Shown in pieces: positions 46,781 to 58,377 of a stretch of DNA of 64,000 nucleotides (positions are counted from its first letter, which is position 1; the number at the start of each line of letters is the position of its first letter). A program made the position numbers and the translations under genes. The stretch is from Salisapilia sapeloensis CBS 127946 (Eukaryota > Protista > Oomycota), in contig JAADVB010000022.1 of NCBI GenBank assembly GCA_023334545.1, positions 1 through 64,000 of the forward strand, given 5' to 3'. A model generated the notes under the pieces. The model searched no databases. It was not told where the DNA came from and saw only the letters and a program-made list of their open reading frames with translations.

Positions 46781-49700
46781 CTATAGCTCAATGCGCTTGC
46801 CACCAGGTCCTTTCGTATTCGCTGGACGCGAGTTCTGGTAATTGCCATTGCCATTCGGGTTCGTTGTAAACGATCCACGACGAGACATCGAGCGTCGCTT
46901 GCCTCCTTGGTTGGATGAATTGCTACGGGTACTGTCGGTCGACGCATCTCGGTCGTATGATCCACGTCGGCTACGACTGCGCCGGTATCCGTTCTGAGAC
47001 TGCATCGCCATGGCGTCATATGAATCCCGTCGGCCTCTTGGAGCGTACTCATACGACCCCACACGTCCACGTCGATCTCCACCAGCGTCATACGACTCAT
47101 TCCGGTGTTGGTTCTTGGGCGCATTCGCTTGCTTTTGAGCTTGTGCTTGGGCCTGTCGCGTCTGCTCTTCCGCCAAGTCCACACCGAGCGTCACGTTATA
47201 GCTCACTTTCTGGTCCTCTCCTTCCGACTCGATCACGATACCCATGACACGTCCAGGGTCTGGGATCGGACCGTCGTAGCCAGTAGGCTGACGCACGGGA
47301 GACGTGCTAGCAGACGAGGACGATGTAGTAGAAGCAATGGAGCTCGACCGGGCTTTCACTTGGTCGCCAATGTTGCCATTCGAGTTGCCCATCAAAGCAC
47401 TCATGAACGTCTTTTCACTGGCAGCTGGCTCCTCCAGTGGCTCCTTCGAAGACACGTCCTTAATGGTAACCAAACGCTGAGCTTTCACAGCCTCGGCAGG
47501 CTTCTTGCTCATCGACAACGAGTGGGCACGACGAATGGGTGTAGTAGAGGCAGGGAGAGGTGGCTGCGGAGCACTTGGCGCCGGTGGAGCGGATCCAATG
47601 ACCGGAGTGGCAGCGTTCACAGGGTGCTCTGGCTGTGGCCTCGTAGGCTGCGGCGGTTGCGGGGGCGCGACGGGTTGCTTGGGTGGCGCTTGCTTTGCAG
47701 ACACCGCCAGCTTGGTTAACCGAGGCACTTCCTCACGATGTTTACGACTGAGCTCTGGGTCTTGACGCAGAATCAGACGCAGACGAGCATTGGCTTTCGC
47801 AAGTGCCAAGTTCTCGTTCGACAAGTGCTCCGAGTGGTGCTTCAAGTGCTCAACAGTGTGTCGTAACGCCATGCGTTCATTCATGGCTTCATTTAGACTC
47901 GACTGCATCAAGGTCACTTTCTCCATGGCAGCCATGTTCTGTGTCTTCAGGAGACGGTGGGTCGACTTGATACGGTTATGCGCCGTCTTGAGCACTTCCA
48001 CTTCCTCCTGCAGCTTGGCTGCACGCTGGTTGGCTGCCTGGAACGACGCGCCATTGACGTACGCACCACGTTCCATGACGTCCTTCTCCTTCCGGAGCTG
48101 TGTCACAACGCCCTTCAAGTTACCACTCTGCTCCCTCAAGGCCGCGTTCTCCTTCCTTAATTGATCAATAACAGAGTCGGCACCTGCCAGTGCTTCCTCA
48201 CTGCGGTACGCAGTCTCTGGTGCAGGCTTCTCAGCCACTGGCGCAGGGGCAGACGACTGTTCCTTGGCTTGTTGCTCCAATTGCAGACGCGCTTCTCTCT
48301 CCTGTTGGAGACGCTGCTTGAGTAGCTGGATCTGGTTCTCCAATTTAGCATCCTCTTTGGCCTGCTGGACGATCGTCGCGAACGACTTGACCGCCAAGTA
48401 GCGACGGATGACGCTCTGGATCATCACAAGCGATTTGTGTGTCTTCACGTACTGCGCATAGCAGACGTGCATGCGGAAGACAGTCTGGATCTGCGTCGCC
48501 TTGGCGTGACGACGACGAGCCAAGAGCAGCTTCTGGGCCGCAGCACGTCGCACGTGTGTTTGAATTAACACCGCTGCCTTCTTCTGTCGCATGTACTTTG
48601 TGCGTTCAAAGTGTCCACGCACCATCTTTTCTACGACAATAGCCGCTTCCTTGGTGCGTTTGAAGATCGCGAGTGCCATCCACATCTTGGCGTAGCATTG
48701 GATCACAACAGCCGCTTCGCTCAGCTTACGCGTACGCATCTCTTCCAGTTGCTCCAGTGCACCCTTGCGGAAGAAGACACGGGTTTTACCAATTTGATAC
48801 CAATCGTCGTTACTAGGAAGAAGATGTCGCTTAAGCAACTCTTCCGAGTCTCGTTTGATCCGCTCCTGATCATCCGTCACGACGTCTGCGCTCGTGGTAA
48901 AGCTCTTACCGGCGAGACCACGGAAACGTTCGAGGAAGACGGACTGCAGGAGACGGTTGGGGAACGCCATGCGACTGATGCGCACGGCTTCCACGACACC
49001 AGCACACTGCAGCTGCTCCGTCACATGGTACTTGTTGAACGAGTTGGCACTCTTCTGACTGTTAGGCTTGAGACAGCGGACGTAGTGGACGTTCGTGCGA
49101 CGAATATCTTCCATGAGACCATTCAGCTGCGACTTGAACTGCGTACCGACCGTATCCGCTACGATGGATGTCCGGCGCTTGAGTGTAGGTCGACGGTTGG
49201 CTGCACTGCTCTCAGATGAGTCCTCCGGGAAGAGCTTGCGTACAAAGTCGGAGCCACTCTTGCGGATGAGGACAAGCAAGTCATTCTGTAGAGCGTCTGT
49301 GTTCTTCAGCAAGAAACCACTCGTCTCGTACTGGACATTGCCGGCGTAGTGTTTAATGATGAACGCATCGCGGGCAAATCGCGGACTTTCAAAGCGGTCA
49401 TTGTCGTTGTAATGGGCACGAAGTTTGTTGGCAAAGGCGTCGTCACTTCCCTTTGGACGCATGCACTCTTCATTCAGCAGCGCCATGAGTCCAAACTTGC
49501 CTTCAATCAACGCCAAGACGTTGGCGTTATCGGCAAACTCGATGCGTGTCCATGGGATTCCCTCTTCTTCATACTCGGTCTGGATGCTCTTAAAGACATC
49601 TTGAGTGAACTTTTGCTGCAGCTTTTCGTTCGCATAGTTGATACACAGCTGTTCAAACGAGTTCTTTTCGAAAATCTCGAAACCAAAGATATCCAAGATG

Positions 49701-51222
49701 CAAATCTTGTTGCTCACATCGGCGTGAGGAGCACTGGTAGACGCATTTACGGCGTGGATGAGCCAGTCAAACAAGTGCTGGTACAATGCCACGGACAGAG
49801 CTGTGCGTGCCGTCTGTGCCTGAGACACGGTGAGCGGCACTTGGTACGTGTCGTTCACAGCAGTCATCTCACGCTGCGTCAAAGCTTGCTCCATCTCTTC
49901 ACTGGAGAACTGCAGCAGTTGCGCCACAATATCTTGTGTTTTTTTGTTGGTATCGTTTTTTACGAGTTGCGAAGCATCGTCATTGTCAGCCAAGGCTTCG
50001 AACTCGAGTCTTGACATGTGTAGGATAGAAGCGACGATGGCAAAGATACTGTCAACGTCGGCTGCTTTCACGCCAAGCGACTCGAGACATTGGACCGTTG
50101 ACTTGAATTTGTCAGCGTCACGCAAGCCGTCACTCACACCAGACACGGTGGGCGTAATGCAGGGAAAGTCTTCTGCCTGCATACCAGTGATCTGGACCTT
50201 GGACGTCGCTTCTTCCGGTGCAGCAAGCAGTTGGTAGAAGATGTGGTAGTTGCGTTCACCGACGCCTTGTGATGGGACACGAGATTTTTCCAGCAAGTAC
50301 GTACGTGACTTGGCACCAATGAGTCGACCGATCTGGTCAAACTGGAGCTCGGAGAACTTTCCGAATCGACTCGAGTTATCATTTCGCGCCGTTTTCGCAT
50401 TACCAAATGACTCCATGAGTGGATTGGCATTTAAGACACGCTCAATGATACCTTTTTCACTTGCTTCTACCTCATCGTTGCTGCCAGCAGAGGCCAAGTG
50501 AGACATGAGGATCTTGGTGGTCTCGGTCTTCCCAGCACCAGACTCGCCCGACACGAGGATCGACTGATCTTCCCCAAATGTCCGCATGTGCTGGTAACTA
50601 CCTGCACTTGTGGCGTACACGTGTGGAGGTAGCTCCGATCGGTCTTTCATCAAGTACTCATCCTGCAGCTCTTTGGTATAAATATTCAACCACGCGTACT
50701 ACAAGACTCGTTAGTACTTGGACGCGGATAAGAATGTAGACAGTTAAACGTACGGGATTGACGGCGATACAGATGGGTCCTGTGTACGTGTAGGGGATCT
50801 GGCGTAAGAATCGTCTGCGAAGGTTGAACAGAATGGCCGGTTCGTGCAGGTAGTTGAGCGTCACCATGTCGGCACAGCCGTCTTCGCCGAAGTTTGTATT
50901 TTGTAGCATCACAGCATCTTTCTACAATATTAAAAGGATTAAGAGACGGTAGATGGGCACAAGACAAAAGGATCGTACATCCACAGTCTTGATCGAGCCG
51001 ACGGCCGGGTGCTTGTCCGCATCTTCCTCATGCTCGTCTCCATCGAGAACGACGTCGACCGTGGTGTCGTTCACGACGTGGCCCTTGGTGATGTGTCCAG
51101 ACACCCAATAGACGTTCTCCTCTCGCACGTAGACCTAGGGACGACAAGCACGATATGAGTATTGATTTGCAATCATGAAGCCATTTTAGGTCAGTAGATA
51201 CTTTAGTCTGTTCTGTCGCCAT
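46781..51222 (-). CDS. Unconventional myosin (motor, several IQ motifs, coiled coil, Pro/Ser/Arg-rich tail); 4 exons
   Basis: Spliced N-terminus MATEQTK/VYVREENVYW.../...DMVTLNYLHEPAILFNLRRRF...YTYTGPICIAVNP; P-loop GESGAGKT, NDNSSRFGKF, LDIFGFE, YVRCLKPN, QLQCAGV and IQxxxR repeats. Confidence 0.95.
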
Positions 51223-52003
51223 GCCGAGTCGGTTGTTTATCAAAGTGGTGGAACGAGTAGCGTTCGAAAAGTGTTGTGAGGGGAACGATGGGGGAGAGTA
51301 CGACGTCTCCTTGACTTCCTTCTCCCGGAGCAAAAGCTGCTTTGCGCCAGAGATGCACGCGCTGGTCCGTGGCGGATTTTACACCAATCGGAGAGGTGGG
51401 TACGCCCTACACTACAAGTTTGTATGGAAGAGGGTCGACACCAAAGCTTCAAGACGGGTGTACGAGAACGTACGACGATGTACACAAATAGGCGACTGGG
51501 AGAGTATAAGTTTCAAGCGTATCGGAAGAGAACATGGCAGCGGTTTCTTGGGATAGAACGTTATTCATCCACGGCGGGTATTCCTGAAGTTTGATACCTA
51601 TGTGGTCTATGGATCTTGAAACAGGAGTAGGCGTCTCTTGAAGTAACGCCCATCTTCTTCAAAGTCAGAAAACTCTACCGGCACAAACTCTTGCGCGTCG
51701 GAAGAAGGCGTTCGTGGCAGATACTCTAAGGATGCATTTACTGGACTTAAACCGATATAGAAACAGGATCTGTGCGCTAATGAAATTCCTCTCCCGGGAA
51801 CATGCAGGTGGCAATATGGCATTTTTGGATGGCAACGTGTGAATTGCACATGCTTGAAGCATTATCAGATAGCGATCTCAAGGTACGATGGCGGCGGTTT
51901 TCCGAGCGAGCCTGTCACGGTGTACAGACATGCTAGTCGCCCGGTGAAAGCTTACTTCATCTCTTCTTTTCACTCAGCTTTACCTTTTAACTTAAAGGGC
52001 TAT

Positions 52004-52760
52004 ATGCTACGTCCACTTACAGCACGAATGATCAAAACGAACAGTAGCAAGGTCCACTCCATTTTCAGTCGATATGCACTACCACGCGATCATCTCTAGA
52101 CCAAATTTTTAATCAGTCTAGAAAACACCGTTCTTGCATTGATCACAGCGAATGTTTGGGTCACAATGTAGTGGTTTAATACTTAAAAGTCTCGCGCTCT
52201 AATAATGTATTGGATGCTAATGTATAGGATGCTCGATCATGTTAGGACCTCCGCTGGGCACATGAACAAAGGCCGCTACTATGTCTTACGCACCCTTGTC
52301 TTCAACCGCATGGACTGCATGTACTTACGAACAAGCATGGCTTTCCTCTTTTTCAACTGGGAAATCTGCTACCTTATCGGATCCCACCGCTTCCTTGCCT
52401 TGTACCTTGGCAGCGGTGTCTTGTCTAATTTTACTCCTGTCATGAAGCAAAAATACAAGAGCAATTGCAGATCAACTTGAGAGCAAGTGGGGTTGTAAAT
52501 GGTATTATAGAAATCAGTGGGCTCCTATTCTCTCGCTCAAAACGGCACATTTTAGGCATTGCCTCCATGCGCGCTGAAGTGGCAGGCGTTCTGGCTGTCG
52601 ATCGGGTTATTTTGCATGGATATTGGATAAACGATACAATTTCAGCTACTTTGCTCATCTTAGTGGTGCTCTACTTGGAGGTGCACAGTATCTTCACCTC
52701 CGTCACGTTGATCGCTTCTTGAAAAATGATGCAAGTAAAAGTTTGATCTGGTACTCGAAC
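52004..52760 (+). pseudogene. Rhomboid (PARL-like) protease pseudogene
   Basis: VLALITANVWV, then after a probable intron GRYYVL..VF, IGSHRFLALYLGSGVLS, RASG (from GASG) and AHLSGALLG. An in-frame stop at 52097-52099 and two frameshifts (about 52465 and 52620) break it. Confidence 0.7.
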
Positions 52761-52776
52761 CTTCGATATGTTTACT

Positions 52777-53552
52777 TTATTTTCGAGTTCGAGCTTTGTA
52801 CTCGGCTGAAGTTTCCATCTTCTTCCCTTGCTTCCAAATCCCCACTTTCTTCTTTCGAGCTTGCGCTTCAAGCTTGTCAAACTTTTCTTGTTGGCCACCG
52901 TACACCGCTCCAGCCTGTCGATAGACATGCGCAAGCCCGCTTTTAAGCATCTCTTCTGAAACATTGCGACGGAATGGAAAGATGCCGTAATGAACCATGC
53001 ACACAGCTCTCGAATATTGGTCCTTGTGCAACAATGTGAGCTTAAGCTTACGATTCTGCAGCATACCTTCCAAAAAGGTACGAGCCTCGTCTCCGTATGG
53101 CTGTCCTGCATTACCAAATTTCGCCGTCTCTGGAGTGTCTATTGCATGCCGGTGGTAAGGACAATAGAGCAGTAGTGTGTCTGTAACGATGGATTACCGA
53201 TGGCAGCGAGACGGATCTGTAAAGTGTGGTCACTACGCTTACCATCGTAGGAGCCAGGTCCACGCCATAGAGGCAAGTGGCGTACACGAAAGGTGTCACC
53301 ATCTGTGCAGTGAACGTTCACTGCACGGATGGTAGCTTCTTGATTAAACAGCTTCATCGGAATGTCATCTACTGTCTTGTATCGACGGAACGGCTGACGG
53401 AGTTTCGGAATCAACAGCCCAAGGCAAATTCCGCCAGCAAAAGCCCCCCACAATGGAGCTTCTGATGGAAGATCACGGAGCAGCTGATCTTTGTGTTTTA
53501 AGACAGCATCTCGTTGCTGAGCAGATATCGGAAGGCTGTCGAGGACACCCAT
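52777..53552 (-). CDS. LCL3: Staphylococcal nuclease (TNase)-like endonuclease, LCL3-like; one intron
   Basis: TDGDTFRVRH, IRLAAI/DTPETAKFG.GQPYG, KDQYSRAV, EEMLKSGLAHVYRQAGAVYG and EAQARKKKVGIW; catalytic D/R/D/E/R residues retained. Short hydrophobic segment near the N-terminus. Confidence 0.88.
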
Positions 53553-53799
53553 TTACAATAGCGAACTGAATGTCTATTTCGTGTCCGGATTATTGAAGTT
53601 GGGGAGATCTTATGCGGTTGCAGAGCTAGCCATTGTGGAGCAACGCCACGTGCATGAGATGGCGATGACGCTCCTGTAACAGTCGATCTGTCCTGCACAT
53701 AAATTGGCGATGGAGTCGATGTAAGAAGTTGGCATAAAGAACTGAAGGATCGACGTACTCATTGAAATGCATAAAAAATAAACTTTCCATCTCCTACTC

Positions 53800-56095
53800 T
53801 TCGCTTGACCTGGCATCGGGAACCGGCGTTGAATTCTTGATAGTCACGCCATCATGCAGTTGCATGTAGCCTCCGTCGACGTCAATCTAACGATAGAAGC
53901 GAGACGTTGTATCAGAGGCGATCGCAGGACCATGCGTGTGAAAATCGTCTCGTTTCGGATCTCTTCCGGGCTTCTTACATGATAGAACAAGGTACTTGTC
54001 GAGCAGCCCAATCTTTTCTGAGGTTTCAGTCATCCACGATAGATCCCAGACGTCTGGGGAATTATTATGATTTGCAAACAGCAAAAAGCTTGGGTCTGAC
54101 GGTCGAAGACCACAGATGCGAGTTGCTGCAATCACGTCGTGCGGTAGGTTACGAGTTTGAAGTAGATACTATGCAGTTTGTACATTGAACGCAGGTAGCT
54201 ACCATCACCGTCGATATACCCAGCCAAAACCTGGATTAAAACTTCACAGTCTGCTTTCAAGTATACCTCAGATGTTCCGCCATATTTGTTATCTAGTACG
54301 CGCAGTTCCTTCAGTCCATCGAGAACCAGATTTCGAATGGCGTAACGATCGCGCGATGCGTCTTCCGTCGCTACAGTGCACTCATATCGCGTGTTATTGT
54401 TGGAATTTTCTTCTGGGAGCGTTCGTGTGTGAACTTGAACTCGAAGTTTTTGGATCCCAGGAGGTAGGGCAGCATTCACATCCTCAACATATTGTTGCTG
54501 TCATTGAACAAGCTCTTCGTCATTCGTGCAGATACTAGGTCAGCCTCTGGCTACAATCGCTAGCCAGAGTCCAAGGTAATAAGGATCTACTAGCAAGTCT
54601 ATCTCTTCGTGAGGTCTGACGCGCTGTTCGTTATTGCTAGTGTCATCCTCTAGATCTGTCACAAGACAAAGATTTGATCCCAAAAGTCCTTCAGCTGCTA
54701 GCTATCCGTTTAAAGTACCCTTCTTGGGAGGCCACTTTTGACCCAATTTCCCCGTAGTCTCGGCGATAATATTCCCTTCTAAAGCCATTTGCGGATCGAC
54801 TTCATGTGGAAGGATCTCTTGGAGTATGTATTGTAGTCATTTGGGTTCGTACATGTCTTTTGAGCGAGTCGACTTAACCGGCAAACCCTCCACGCATTGT
54901 GTTTCCAACACTTTTGCTGAACTGTCATATTCTTTCCCGGTGCAGTGAAGTACTTCCCTCTTGCATTTCCTACTTTAAATGCTGAATGGACGGAATGCAT
55001 GTACAGTTCGTGTGTGGGTTATGACACAACCGCCGCACCTCACGACTACTTTGATCATATTTACGACCATTGACATGAAGTATGATTAGCGTATCCGATG
55101 CACATGTGAAAGCGTCGCTCTAACATTGTTGGAATTTGTAGTAGTCAACGTAGCTTCCTTGCGCCTCGAAGCTCTCTCCCAGCGCTAAGATATTCACTTC
55201 TTGTTCATAATATCCAAACAGTACGCCATCAACATTTAAATAACGGAGCCTTTTCACCCCTGAAATTGATCGTACTTTCGTAGGCTCTTGGTAACCAGTT
55301 GCAGGCAAATCGATTGAGGTTTGCGCGTCTTCCTTTTCTTCACCTTGCGTGTCAGGATAGTGTAGATAGCAGCAAAATGGCTTTTTCAAAAGCGTACTCA
55401 TGGCGAGCACGCAGGGAATGTAGTACCAACGACCAGAGTCGGCACACGGGATGATGACGTCGTACTCGTGTCCGAGAGGTTGCTTGTCATCTGAAGAAGG
55501 TGTAGCGTCGAGATCAACTTTAAAACCCTTATAGGAGCAACGGTAGCATTCAGCTATTCACAGCGCGCATATAGTACATCAAGATTTTCCATTGAGGCAA
55601 CCTCCGTGCATAGGTTCTCCACAATGTCCTTGGCATGTCTTCACATCAGCGTTCCCGCCTATTTCAATGTCACACTTGGCACAAACGATGCCTTCCACAC
55701 TCTTTGTCGTACGACAGTGCTCCTGGTATTGGACTTTCGGACTAACGTGGTCGAAACTCGTTGCTTGCATCTTCAGTCATATGAGATCAAATGTGGTGTC
55801 AATCAAGACAAGATCCAATCTTTAACCTAGAGTGCGATGTAGGACTGGAGAACTTGTTAGGTCGGATGCAATTTTTATGTGAGCAAAGCAGAGTACGATA
55901 GACTGCTGCAAGTTTTCAAGCTGAATGCTTGTGACTATTTTTCAATGAGCAATCTGTACTTACTTGTGGAAACCTCGAACCTATGGTAACCTAGAAGAAC
56001 AGCAGCGATAGAGTCTAGATAGAAGACATAGATAGGCAAAGATCCAATGCACTACCTTTTTGAGATCCTTCAGCAGCGCAAAGGTTTTCGTTTCA
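53800..56095 (-). pseudogene. Decayed gene: tandem PHD-like zinc fingers fused to a VMA1/HO-type intein (Hint + dual LAGLIDADG homing endonuclease)
   Basis: Block A-like GYQEPTKVRSISG..NVDGVLFG (from 55296), B-like YYKFQQ..FTCASDT (about 55110), C DPYYLGLWL (54587-54561), D NKY..VYLKAD, E QVLAGYIDGDG (54227-54201), H-like LPHDVIAATRICG and F/G FYR*IDVDGGYMQLHDGVTIKN-S (ending 53833). Upstream in frame: CAKC..CQGHC..HGGC..CTIC and CYRC..GRWYYIPC..FCCYLH. Several stops and frameshifts. Confidence 0.75.
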
Positions 56096-56204
56096 GTAGA
56101 AAATCAGTACAAAGTAGATTATCGAGATAGTCTGCAGGATAGCACGACAACTCTAAAACGGTAACCCTGAAACCTTTAAGAGACGCGGTCAGTAGACGCC
56201 TCCG

Positions 56205-57464
56205 ATGCCAAGTATCGAAGAGTCTACGGATATCTGGAGATTGGTGGAGAATCGAGTCATCGATGCGACCCCATCGGCAGCAGAACATGGCAATCAGAAG
56301 CAGAAAGTTGAGGCGAAGGATTCGTATACTCTGTTTGTCGGTTCACGTGGTGCTGGCAAGTCGTCTCTGATAAGCACCTTTCGAAATGCTTCTAAAGGTA
56401 TGTACGTCCATTGTAGATGAGCTACATTACTACATCAATATTTAAATGATCTATGTCTCTAGTGGAAGAGATCAAGCCAACGACGGCGCTCGATTATGCC
56501 TTCGTGCGTCTGAAGACGTCCAACAGACCGCTCGTGGCTCATATGTGGGAGCTTGCGATGAACAATTGTGTCGGTGATATGATTCGAGTTCCGTTAGATG
56601 AAGATAGGATTCTCAACGGAGGCGTTGTCATCGTACTCGATCTTTCAGATCCAGGCGACGTCGTACCAAATCTTGTGAAATGGCTTCTATTGCTCTACAA
56701 GGTCGTTCAGGACCTGTTGAAAGCACGTGAGAAGCGATCTGCTACGGATAAACTCGTTGTTGAGCGCTTGCGTATGTCAGCTGGAAGCAAGTTTGGCAAC
56801 GATCATCCAGACAAGTCTGAAGTAACTCCATTCCCCATCCCTCTTCTTATTCTCGGGAACAAGTTTGAGACTTTTCGAGATGAAGACAGTGCCAAGCGAA
56901 AAGGAATTATCCAAGCTCTGCGGTACTTGGCGCATGTGTATGGAGGCACTTTACTCCTCACGGGCACGAAAGATAAAGCTATGACTACTCAATTTCGTTC
57001 TATCATGAAGACTTTTGCATTCCCAAGCACTGCTTCCACCAGTTCCAAACTGACGAAAGAGGTCGATGCAAGCAAACCAGTGTACATTCCTGCGGGCTCG
57101 GACAGATTGGAAGATATTGGTATGCCTAAGGTAATCGGTCGACGTCAAGATGGCTCCAAAGATGAGCATGAAGAACGTGCGCGACAGTGGAAAAAAGTTT
57201 CCAGTGAGTACTATGTTCCGTCTGGTACTGTCAAAGACAGCGACATAGCCGTCGAGGATGAATTGGAGACCAAGGCCACGGATGACCAGGAGCAGTTTCC
57301 AGAACCCAACATCGATCGCATTCGTCAACAAAAGAGGTTTTTATCATACAAAGTTTCATGAAACCACATGAATACTAACTTAAAACTGCTTTAGAGAGGA
57401 ATTGCTTCGATATCGTGACCAGCGTCGCAAGTCCATGGGCAAGCGACTTCGATCCGCTGGATAA
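56205..57464 (+). CDS. DYNC2LI1: Cytoplasmic dynein-2 light intermediate chain 1 (retrograde IFT); 3 exons
   Basis: IWRL near the N-terminus, P-loop-like VGSRGAGKSSLI, KPTTALDY, AHMWEL, LDLSDP, PFPIPLLILGNKFETF, LRYLAH.YGGTL, IPAGSDRLEDIG and FPEPNID..R.QK/EELLRY. Confidence 0.88.
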
Positions 57465-57610
57465 TGGTCACAAGAAAATATTTCCCAAATTTCTTTTCTT
57501 TTCATATTTTCCTCCAATCCGTCGCCTACCAATAGTATATATTCTCTTTGGATTGGCTGAAAATGAAAGCTCGATCAAGAAAACACCAAAACGTAAAGAA
57601 GAAGTAGAAT

Positions 57611-58326
57611 ATGGAGTCGATCTTTGGCCTCGTGGGCAAGGACTTTGTCGTCCTCGCCGCTGACTGCAAAGTCGCACGCTCGGTGCTAGTCTACCGAGAT
57701 GATGAGGATAAGGTACTGTGTCTCTTTAGTCGCTCTGAGTAGTCTGTGGACGTAGCTAATCGCTCGTATCTTATAGATGGTCAACATGGACGATCACAAA
57801 CTGCTCGTAGGCGCCGGCCCACAGAGCGACCGGATCGCATTCTCCGAGTACATTCAGAAGAATATGAAGCTCTATGAACTTCGCACTGGTGTCTCACTAA
57901 GCGGTCCTGCTGCCGCTAACTTCGTTCGTTCGGAACTGGCGAAATTCCTTCGCAAGTCCCCCTACCAAGTCAATTTGCTCATGGGAGCTGCGGACGTGGA
58001 TAAAGAGACCGGAAAGACCACGCCGACACTCCACTGGGTTGACTACCTCGGTTCGATGGTAAAAGCCAACTATGGTGCCCACGGCTTTGGCTCGAACTTC
58101 ACCCTATCCATCTTTGACCGGGAGTGGAGGCCGGATCTGACGCTCGACGAGGCCATGGCTATGCTCAAGAAGTGCCGCGATGAACTCGAGACACGTTTCC
58201 TCGTCCGCAATGGCAAGTGGATGTTCAAGGTATTCGACTCACCCTATCATATCGTCAAAAATAATATTAACAATGTCTTTCTAGGTCGTCGACGCGAATG
58301 GTATTCGTGAAATCGAGATGTCCTAA
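57611..58326 (+). CDS. PSMB2: 20S proteasome subunit beta type-2 (beta4/PRE1); 3 exons
   Basis: MESIFGLVGKDFVVLAAD, FSEYIQKNMKLYELR, AAANFVRSELA..LRKSPYQVNLL, DYLGS, YGAHGFG and VVDANGIRE. Confidence 0.95.
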
Positions 58327-58377
58327 GCATCCAAATAAAACACAACTGGAACGAGAAAAATGTCTATTGCATACGAT

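Noticed and set aside
51221-51556. 111-aa + strand ORF
   Set aside because: Overlaps the myosin start and promoter; no family motifs.
51560-52000. Short ORFs upstream of the rhomboid relic
   Set aside because: No coherent frame or recognisable motif; left unannotated.
56000-56095. Crinkler (LxLFLAK) N-terminus for the 5' exons of the intein pseudogene
   Set aside because: TFALLKDLKK lacks the LFLAK/HVLV motifs.
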